Source: Candidatus Aminicenantes bacterium (GTDB lineage Bacteria > Acidobacteriota > Aminicenantia > Aminicenantales > Aminicenantaceae). From it: a stretch of DNA of 33,875 nucleotides. Made by a program: the position numbers and the translations under genes. Positions 27,054-33,875 of this stretch are shown here, piece by piece. The DNA lies in assembly GCA_030620655.1 (NCBI GenBank), contig JAUXEH010000002.1:1-33875 (forward strand), given 5' to 3'. The stretch's first letter is position 1, and the number at the start of each line of letters is the position of its first letter. A model generated the notes under the pieces. That model made no database searches and was not told where the DNA came from. It saw only the letters and a program-made list of their open reading frames with translations.

Positions 27054-28469
27054 ATGATCCGATTCTTCAACACCATGAGCGGAAAGCTCGATGAGTTTCG
27101 TCCTCTAGAAGAGGGAGTGGTCAAGCTGTATACCTGCGGTCCCACGGTCTATGATTATGCTCACATCGGGAATTTTCGCGCCTACATCTTCGAAGACCTG
27201 CTCAAGCGTTTCCTCTTGTTCAAGGGATATAAAGTCAAGCACGTCATGAACATCACCGATGTTGAGGACAAGATAATCCGGGCCGCCACCGAATTGGGAG
27301 TCAGCCTGCAGCAGTACACGAAAAACTACACGGACGCATTCTTCCAGGATCTGGAACGGCTCAACATCCTGCCCGCAGACGTCTACCCGCGCGCCACCGA
27401 GCACATTCCCGAGATGGTGGAGATGGTCCGGGCCCTGCTGGACAAGGGATTCGCCTACCACAAGGACGGCAGTTATTATTTCGATATCTCTCGTTTCCCG
27501 GATTACGGCCGCCTGTCCAAGATCGACATGGACGCACGCAAAGTCGGTGTCCGCATCGATTCCGACGAATATGAAAAAGAGAGTGTGCACGATTTCGCTC
27601 TTTGGAAAGCTCAGAAAGAGGGCGAATTCTTCTGGGATACGGAACTCGGACCGGGGCGGCCGGGCTGGCATATCGAGTGTTCGGTGATGAGCTCCAAATA
27701 TCTGGGCGATTCTTTCGATATCCACTGCGGAGGAGTGGACAACATTTTTCCGCATCACGAAAACGAGATCGCCCAGTCCGAAGCCTATTCAGGCAAGCGG
27801 TTCGTCCGCTACTGGCTCCACTGTCAGCACCTGGTGCGCGACGGACAGAAGATGTCGAAATCCCAAGGCAACACCATCTCCATCCGGGAACTCACGACCG
27901 AGCATGGGGCCGATCCGATGGCTCTCAGACTCCTTCTGCTCTCGACTCACTACCGCAAGATGCTAAATTTCACCTTCGACGCCCTGCATCAGGCAGGATC
28001 GTCGCTGCAGAGGATCCGTGATTTCCTTTATGAACTGGAGACGCGCTCCTTTCACGAGGGAGACACTGCCCCAGTGGAGGATCTGCTCAGGGCCGGCGAG
28101 GCGGAATTCGAATCCGGGCTGGGTGACGACCTCAACATCTCCACTGCGTTGTCAGCGATCTTCGGGCTGATTAAAAAAGCCAACATTCTTCTTTCCAGAG
28201 AAGAGATCTCTGTGAAAGGAGCCGTTCTTTTGGTGGCGGCCGTCCGCTCTTGGGACCGGGTGTTGGGCATCCTGCCGGCCCGGGAACCGCAGGTCCTTCC
28301 GGATGAGATCAAACACAAGATCGATGAACGCGAGCGCGCCCGGGCCGCCAAAGATTTTGCGCTAGCGGACAGCATCCGAGACGAACTCCTCGCCCGGGGG
28401 ATAGCCCTGGAAGACGCTAAAGAAGGCGTCCGCTGGAAAACCGTACCGCCGGCGCGCCCCAAAAAATAG
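27054..28469 (+). CDS. cysS: Cysteine--tRNA ligase
   Basis: Canonical N-terminus MIRFFNTMSGKLDEF, the HIGN (HIGH) motif and the KMSKS motif. The ORF opens with TTG at 27018, but family alignment favours the ATG at 27054. Confidence 0.92.
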   Translation: MIRFFNTMSGKLDEFRPLEEGVVKLYTCGPTVYDYAHIGNFRAYIFEDLLKRFLLFKGYKVKHVMNITDVEDKIIRAATELGVSLQQYTKNYTDAFFQDLERLNILPADVYPRATEHIPEMVEMVRALLDKGFAYHKDGSYYFDISRFPDYGRLSKIDMDARKVGVRIDSDEYEKESVHDFALWKAQKEGEFFWDTELGPGRPGWHIECSVMSSKYLGDSFDIHCGGVDNIFPHHENEIAQSEAYSGKRFVRYWLHCQHLVRDGQKMSKSQGNTISIRELTTEHGADPMALRLLLLSTHYRKMLNFTFDALHQAGSSLQRIRDFLYELETRSFHEGDTAPVEDLLRAGEAEFESGLGDDLNISTALSAIFGLIKKANILLSREEISVKGAVLLVAAVRSWDRVLGILPAREPQVLPDEIKHKIDERERARAAKDFALADSIRDELLARGIALEDAKEGVRWKTVPPARPKK

Positions 28470-28495
28470 ACTTACTAAGCCCCTATTGTAAAAGC

Positions 28496-28873
28496 ATGTC
28501 TCCATATTTTCCTGACCCTTCGCATGCCTTGGGAATCCGTGGGGAACGGGTCGCCCGGGAATACCTGAGACGGCATGATTTCAGGATCGTGGAGCAGGGA
28601 TATCGGTTCGGCCGGGGGGAGATCGACATTATCGCCTATGAAAGGGACGTCCTGGTCTTCGTGGAGGTCAAGACCGGGGACAGTTTTGCCTGTTCGTTAC
28701 CGGAAGAATCGGTGACTCCTGAAAAACAACGTCAGATACGCCGCATCGCCGAAGCCTATCTTTTCCAACGCCGCCTGGAAGACATCAAGTGCCGTTTCGA
28801 TGTACTGGCCATTAGGTTTGAACGGGAGTCGAGAGGATATCGGATCCGCCACTACCGGGATGCCTTTGACTAA
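28496..28873 (+). CDS. yraN: YraN-family (UPF0102) endonuclease-like protein
   Basis: 125 aa with PD-(D/E)xK-like core GEIDIIA...VFVEVKT. Confidence 0.85.
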   Translation: MSPYFPDPSHALGIRGERVAREYLRRHDFRIVEQGYRFGRGEIDIIAYERDVLVFVEVKTGDSFACSLPEESVTPEKQRQIRRIAEAYLFQRRLEDIKCRFDVLAIRFERESRGYRIRHYRDAFD

Positions 28874-31059
28874 AAAAAGGTTCCCAAGGTCACATACAGC
28901 ACACCCCGGGCCTTAGCCGGCTCGGATAGGCTCCGGCTTCCGAGGCTGTACACGACTTCGAATAAGCCAAGCGGTGAATCGATCACCACCGCGGCTCCGC
29001 AGCCCCACAGCAGCGGACTGCCGAGCTCCGGCCTAACCTTCTGGGCGAAATCAAGGGCCACGTTGCCCATGAGGCTGAAATTGAGGAACGTGTTGTATTT
29101 AAAACGGTACTCTCCCCTGAGGACCTCCATCCGGCTGCCGAAAAGCTGGTCATAGTGCATGCCCACAAAAATCCGGGGGCGACCCAGGTTGAAGTATTTA
29201 TAGTAAGGGATGTCCCCCCAGGTCCGGCCGAAGAAGACGTATATTCGTCCCGTGTGCCGTTCCGAAAATGTCAGATACGCGTCCAACGAGGCTTCCAGTT
29301 TGTCATAGGCAAGATCGGAACCGAGCTCCTCAAAGCTCCCTTCGTAATACAGATTGAGAAGCAGGCCTCTGCCAGGCAGCTGGACGTTATCCAGGGCGTC
29401 CAGGGTGAAGCTTCCGACGATCTGGCGCAGGCTGTCCTTTAGTCCGGGCAGGAGCTCCGTGTCCGGCATAGCGGAGGTGGGCTTCAGGTCTATGGCCTCC
29501 AGCCGATAGCCGACCTCGGCATTCAGCCACTTTGCCGGCAGGAACCCTATCCCCAGGTCCAGATTCCAGGCCCGGTCATGATAGCTGGCGTAACGCTCTC
29601 CCTGTCCGTCATAGATGCGTGTAGGGATGCTGCGGTAGCGGACCTCCAGCAGCGGATAGACCGGCAGGTTCAGGGTCCGGGAGGTGAAGTAGAGTCGGGA
29701 GCGTAAGCGAGTCAGGCCGAACACCTGCAGCTCGTTCTCGAAACGCAGCCCTGACACAAACAACTTGGCGAAATCCACACCCACGATCCCCACCAGTTTG
29801 TGCAGACGGTCGAAGCGGAGGCCGAGGCGGAGCCTGCCGGGAGGCAGTTCTTTAACGTTAAGCACCAGCTCTATTTCCCCCGGGGACTGCAGTAACATTT
29901 CATAATATATGTTTTCGAAATACCCCAGCGAATACAAACCCTGAACCTTCCGGTTGATGTGCTCGATCTCGGCTTTTTCCCCCGACTGCATTCCGAACTG
30001 GGAGAGGATAAATTCCGAGGCCAGTCGCTCATTGCCGGTCACACGTATCGTCCCCACCCTGAGGACTCCAGGCATCCTCTCCTGCTTGTCCTGATGCTTC
30101 CGCGAGAGGTGGTGCCGGCCTTTCAACTCAAGAAGCTCGGCGCGGGCCTCCTGAGCTGCCGATTCGCCCGCTTCCCTGATCTGTCCCCGTTTATGACTGG
30201 AAAAAAAATCCATGGACCCCAGGCCCGTCATGTCCGGCTGGATCAGGATGTCGGCCGCGGCCGCATTGTCCCGCCTGTGCGCGTGCTCTACCACGCGGAT
30301 GCTCTGAGCCAGGATACGGTCCGCTGAATCCAGGCTGTCCGCCCCATCCAGAGGTGAGGTCAGGTCCACCGCGATAACGATGTCCGCTCCCATCTCGCGT
30401 GCCACATCCACGGGCAAGGTGTTCAGGACCCCCCCGTCCACCAGGATGTATCGGTCCCAGGTCACCGGGCTGAAAAACGTCGGAATGGCCATGGTGGCCC
30501 GCAGGGCCAGGGCCAGGGAACCCCCTTCGAGGACCACCGGCCGGCCCGTCACCAGATCCACGGTCACGCAGCGAAACGGAACGGGCAGGAGATCGAAGTC
30601 ACGGACCGTAGCATACGGGAAAGTGAGAAGCGACAGCAACTGGAAAATGTTCTGACCGAAGATCAATCCTTGAGGAGGAGAAGGGAGCCAGTCTTTCCAG
30701 ACCAGATCCAGCTGATATTTCCCATCGTCTTTCTTGTTGAAAAAAGGACGCTGGGCGCGGGGAGGTAGGTCCCGGAAAAAAGTTTCCCAGTCAAAATCCG
30801 CGGTGATCTCTTCGATCTCGCTGCCGGAGTATCCCATGGCATAGAGCCCTCCCAGGATCCCGCCAATGCTGGTCCCTACGATACAGTCGATAGGGATATC
30901 CAGCTCATCCAGCAGCTTCAAGACCGGGATGTGTGCCAGCCCTTTGGCACCGCCCGCCCCCAGGACCAACCCGATCTTGGGTCGTTCCCGGGCCTGGAGC
31001 GGTCCCAGGAGCAGGAGGAGCGTGAAGAAAATCCCGAGGATTTGTCTGGGAACCGTCAT
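28870..31059 (-). CDS. Patatin-like phospholipase fused to POTRA and an Omp85-type beta-barrel (PlpD-like, type Vd secretion architecture)
   Basis: Signal peptide, oxyanion motif GAGGAKG, lipase serine GTSIGG, and catalytic Asp in VDGGVLN. A POTRA-like segment (VTGNERL...YFENIYYE) follows, then a C-terminal barrel ending in aromatic TLGTFF. Confidence 0.85.
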   Translation of the reverse strand: MTVPRQILGIFFTLLLLLGPLQARERPKIGLVLGAGGAKGLAHIPVLKLLDELDIPIDCIVGTSIGGILGGLYAMGYSGSEIEEITADFDWETFFRDLPPRAQRPFFNKKDDGKYQLDLVWKDWLPSPPQGLIFGQNIFQLLSLLTFPYATVRDFDLLPVPFRCVTVDLVTGRPVVLEGGSLALALRATMAIPTFFSPVTWDRYILVDGGVLNTLPVDVAREMGADIVIAVDLTSPLDGADSLDSADRILAQSIRVVEHAHRRDNAAAADILIQPDMTGLGSMDFFSSHKRGQIREAGESAAQEARAELLELKGRHHLSRKHQDKQERMPGVLRVGTIRVTGNERLASEFILSQFGMQSGEKAEIEHINRKVQGLYSLGYFENIYYEMLLQSPGEIELVLNVKELPPGRLRLGLRFDRLHKLVGIVGVDFAKLFVSGLRFENELQVFGLTRLRSRLYFTSRTLNLPVYPLLEVRYRSIPTRIYDGQGERYASYHDRAWNLDLGIGFLPAKWLNAEVGYRLEAIDLKPTSAMPDTELLPGLKDSLRQIVGSFTLDALDNVQLPGRGLLLNLYYEGSFEELGSDLAYDKLEASLDAYLTFSERHTGRIYVFFGRTWGDIPYYKYFNLGRPRIFVGMHYDQLFGSRMEVLRGEYRFKYNTFLNFSLMGNVALDFAQKVRPELGSPLLWGCGAAVVIDSPLGLFEVVYSLGSRSLSEPAKARGVLYVTLGTFF

Positions 31060-31071
31060 CTGTCTCTGAGT

Positions 31072-32994
31072 TTAATAATAGAACCAGATGGTCCTGTAAT
31101 CACGGATGTTCTCACCGCGAGCGGCCAGTTCCTCCAGATAATCATAGATAGGCACGTCAATGTAGTTGTAGGGAGGGACCGGCTCGATGTTTTTCTCCCA
31201 AGGGTGGAACTCATAGACACGGGAGCCGTCCGGAAGCACCATGACCAGCCTGTGGTCCTGCCATGACCGGAGATGGTTCTTCCCCAGTTTGGGGACGTTG
31301 AACACAGGTTCATCCGTGCGGTCCAGGCCCGGGAGCAGCCGTGCCTCTTCCTTGCGCTCCTGCAGGAGGCGCGCGATAGGCACCATGTACCGCCTCGTTT
31401 CTTCCTTGCCTTTCATGTTGAAGGTGTAATAGGGATCGACCCCGATAAGGCGCAGGTCTTTCCTCAGTTTGGCGGTCTCGAACCTCCGTGAATTCTCCAT
31501 CGTGAAAACTTCCTGGTTGTAGACACCCATCCCGGCATGCCGGATCCTCTGCACGGCGTCGCAGGCTTCCGGTGTGATCTCGTAACTGTGCTCGAAATGC
31601 GTCACGACGGCGACTTCCCTTCTCCCCGGGCTGTAGGCCTCGCGCAATATATCGAGCAGACGGTCTGTCCAGCGCATGGGCAGGACCACCGGAGTACGCG
31701 ACCCGATGCGGATCCGGTATATGTGCGGGATCTCACACAGGGCCTGCATCAACCAGGAGATCTGCTCATCCTTCATGATCAGGGGATCGCCTCCCGTGAC
31801 CAAGACATCGCCGATGGCCGTGTGGTCCCTCAGCCAGTCCACAGCCTGCTGCATGCTTTCCCGCGTGGACATGGCGCCGGGATCCAACACCTCATCGATC
31901 TCCCAATTTCGCTGACAGTAGACACAGATCTGGGAACAGGTATTGAAGGGTTTGATGATGGCGATCCCCGGGTAACGGCGTGTGACCAGGTCTACGGGTG
32001 AGGTATCGTGTTCTCCCATGAAATCGAACATCAGCCCCCGGTCGCGTCTGTTATCGGCCATGATATCGACATAATCCGGAGGAGGGATGACCTGAGCGCG
32101 TACGGCGTGGTCGTAGTCCAGGGCGATCTCCCGGTCCATGAGATGGAGATAATAGGGGGTGATCCCGAAAGGGATGCGGTTTTGGATGGCCTTGTCGATC
32201 GCCGCCTGCTGCTCCGTGGTCAGCTCGATCAGGTCCTTCAAGGGCTCCGCGGTCCGGATGACATGCTGGAGCTGCCACCTGTAGTCTTCCCAGTCCTCTT
32301 CCGATGCCTTGAAGTAGTGAAGGATGCGTTCCCGGTTTTCCCTGCGCCACGTGATCACATCGGGTTCCATTCCGGAGGGATACTTCTTGAAATATTTTTG
32401 GATGGTGAAACCAAGTTCATCCAGGACCTCGGTGCGGGCAGCCGCAGCTTCCCGCCCCTCTAGGCGTAGGAAATCCGGGATCCCCTTCTTGGCTTCGCGC
32501 GACTCAAAGTAGATGTTGGACTTGCCGGCCACACCCCGGAAGAGGTTGATAAACTCCATGAGGAAACCGACGGCCACCGGCTGGGCCAGCTCCGCGGTCC
32601 GGCCGCGGGCCATTTTCCAGAGATTGTCCAGCGCCGAAGTCCCGGTCCTGTATTCGTTGATGGGCCCGATGATGCTCTTGAACACCCGGATGCATTCGCG
32701 CACCGTGGCTTTTTCCAGGATGTGGAAGTCATTATTCAGGTCGAACAGGTGCCGCTCCGCCTTCTCCAGATAGATGAAGATCGAACGCCGGGCGTCCTCC
32801 AGTGTCGAGGAGCGTTTGATCCGCTTATAAATCTCCGGATTGGCCTGCCAGAGCCGCTCGAGATACGCATCATAATCCACCTCGAAACGGGGTTTGACCA
32901 TCTCGACGGCATCTGTGAATACGTCATCGATGATCTTGTGGTGAATAGGCTGTGATTTTCCGTTTTTTTTATTCATCTTATTCGGCATATCCAT
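31072..32994 (-). CDS. KamA-family (lysine 2,3-aminomutase-like) radical SAM protein with long N-terminal extension
   Basis: CxxxCxxC cluster CSQICVYCQRNW, KamA-type ITPYYLHLMD, and GGDPL. The ORF opens at 33120 and would overlap folK, so the ATG at 32994 (AAAGGA upstream) was chosen. Confidence 0.8.
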   Translation of the reverse strand: MDMPNKMNKKNGKSQPIHHKIIDDVFTDAVEMVKPRFEVDYDAYLERLWQANPEIYKRIKRSSTLEDARRSIFIYLEKAERHLFDLNNDFHILEKATVRECIRVFKSIIGPINEYRTGTSALDNLWKMARGRTAELAQPVAVGFLMEFINLFRGVAGKSNIYFESREAKKGIPDFLRLEGREAAAARTEVLDELGFTIQKYFKKYPSGMEPDVITWRRENRERILHYFKASEEDWEDYRWQLQHVIRTAEPLKDLIELTTEQQAAIDKAIQNRIPFGITPYYLHLMDREIALDYDHAVRAQVIPPPDYVDIMADNRRDRGLMFDFMGEHDTSPVDLVTRRYPGIAIIKPFNTCSQICVYCQRNWEIDEVLDPGAMSTRESMQQAVDWLRDHTAIGDVLVTGGDPLIMKDEQISWLMQALCEIPHIYRIRIGSRTPVVLPMRWTDRLLDILREAYSPGRREVAVVTHFEHSYEITPEACDAVQRIRHAGMGVYNQEVFTMENSRRFETAKLRKDLRLIGVDPYYTFNMKGKEETRRYMVPIARLLQERKEEARLLPGLDRTDEPVFNVPKLGKNHLRSWQDHRLVMVLPDGSRVYEFHPWEKNIEPVPPYNYIDVPIYDYLEELAARGENIRDYRTIWFYY

Positions 32995-33083
32995 GGTCCT
33001 TTTTGCGATCTTCCGGCTGATCCGGTCCCAGGTATCCCTCAGTGTATCCCAGGCTCGAGAAAAAGGAAACCCGATGCGGGGCT

Positions 33084-33563
33084 TTACCTGAAAAGCGAAT
33101 AGGCAGCCTTGTCCCGGCATTCGGCCCGCAGCTCCCGGATGGTTTTCCCCAGGCCGGGATGGACGGCTTCCGAGGCGATCTCGCTCAAGGGAACAAGTAC
33201 GAAATTTCTCTGCGCCAGGCGTGGATGCGGAACCTGAAGCCGTCCCGTGTCCAAGATCCGGTCGCCGGCGAGCAGTATGTCGATATCGATCAGCCGGGGC
33301 CCGCCGGCCGGGCCGGCTATCCGTCCCATCTCCACTTCGATGGATTTCACCGCATCCAGGAGCTCCTGCGGCCCCAACTCCGTCTCCACCTCAACGACCT
33401 GATTCAGGAACCAGGGCTGTTGTCTAGGGCCAACCGGCTCTGTCTCATAAACAGAGGAACCGCGCAGGATCCGGATCGCTGAACGCTTGAGCAGGTCCCG
33501 ACATCGTCTCAGAAAGGACTCCCGGTCTCCCAGGTTTCCTCCCAGGCCCAAAAAGTATCGCAC
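33084..33563 (-). CDS. folK: 2-amino-4-hydroxy-6-hydroxymethyldihydropteridine diphosphokinase
   Basis: 159 aa with HPPK motifs LGLGGNLGD, VYETEPVG, IDIDILL and VPHPRLAQRNFVLVPL. GTG start. Confidence 0.9.
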   Translation of the reverse strand: MRYFLGLGGNLGDRESFLRRCRDLLKRSAIRILRGSSVYETEPVGPRQQPWFLNQVVEVETELGPQELLDAVKSIEVEMGRIAGPAGGPRLIDIDILLAGDRILDTGRLQVPHPRLAQRNFVLVPLSEIASEAVHPGLGKTIRELRAECRDKAAYSLFR

Positions 33564-33632
33564 ACCGCCATGATATCAGCTTCCGCAGCCGGATTCAAAA
33601 AGCCTCTTCCCAGCATACCCATCCTTGATGAG

Positions 33633-33707
33633 AGGTGGGTCTTAATCCTATGGCGTCGGAAGACCCTCCCACTTCCCCATGCGCCGCCATAGGATTAAGA
33701 CCCACCT
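33633..33707. repeat. Perfect 23-bp inverted repeat (hairpin, 29-nt loop) in the divergent region upstream of folK
   Basis: AGGTGGGTCTTAATCCTATGGCG (33633-33655) is the exact reverse complement of CGCCATAGGATTAAGACCCACCT (33685-33707). Confidence 0.9.
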
Positions 33708-33875
33708 GGAGCCATGCATACTGTCATGGCGGGCAATCAGCGGAGCCGGTTATTGCTAGTCCGAAACAATAGCAGCTTACCCTAAAACGTCAGCCCGGTG
33801 ACTTTCCCCAGCAAGGAAAATTCCCCAATTCCTCTGGCTCTCACTTCATCTTCGAGGAACCATGCCCGCTCGCCT

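Noticed and set aside
28870-31059. Patatin-like phospholipase as a CBASS or other anti-phage effector
   Set aside because: It has a signal peptide, POTRA and an Omp85 barrel, which is a secretion (type Vd) architecture. No cyclase, CD-NTase, SMODS or other defence partners are adjacent.
32995-33120. N-terminal 42 codons of the 682-aa KamA-family ORF, overlapping the 3' end of folK by 37 nt
   Set aside because: The extension is basic and non-conserved in appearance and has no SD, whereas the ATG at 32994 follows AAAGGA. Using it removes the overlap. The same logic was applied to the in-frame upstream extensions of clpX (5028-5051), the protease-TPR gene (10387-10428), dnaJ (19727-19741) and the Memo-like gene (24122-24139).
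33862-33875. Possible plus-strand gene start (GAGGAA then ATGCCCGCTCGCC) at the window edge
   Set aside because: Only 4 codons are visible, which is too short to support a feature. It is mentioned only as context for the divergent intergenic region.

Overview
Compact, moderately GC-rich bacterial chromosomal segment, mostly minus-strand operons of housekeeping and proteostasis genes. Gene order is rho; lon, clpX, clpP and tig lying downstream of a tRNA-Leu(UAG); a class-III aminotransferase; a trypsin-like protease-TPR fusion; a DUF2085 protein, a membrane protein and a DAGK-family kinase (plus strand); SLT transglycosylase, alaS and pilT; a Ser/Thr kinase; dnaJ, dnaK, grpE and hrcA; a Memo-like gene with split saccharopine-pathway genes (SDH, LKR); cysS and yraN (plus strand); a PlpD-like patatin-POTRA-Omp85 protein; a long KamA-family radical SAM protein; folK. 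I see no CRISPR array, transposase, integrase, phage genes or recognisable defence system. The main unexplained signal is non-coding: a family of G-rich repeat modules (GGG-T-GGG, 9 AT-rich nt, GGGG(G)-N-GGG) in tandem arrays in two unlinked divergent intergenic regions (10661-10845 and 26891-27010). Each array ends 7-12 bp upstream of a sigma70-like -35 box. Other non-coding oddities are a 159-bp element bounded by perfect 18-bp inverted repeats and a perfect 23-bp hairpin upstream of folK. Protein-level oddities are a lid-less DnaK inside a canonical hrcA-grpE-dnaK-dnaJ operon, a eukaryote-like split LKR/SDH pair co-operonic with an orphan Memo-like gene, and a KamA-family enzyme with a ~225-aa N-terminal extension. 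All calls come from reading the sequence and ORF translations by eye. No searches or folding programs were run, and all counts are manual.
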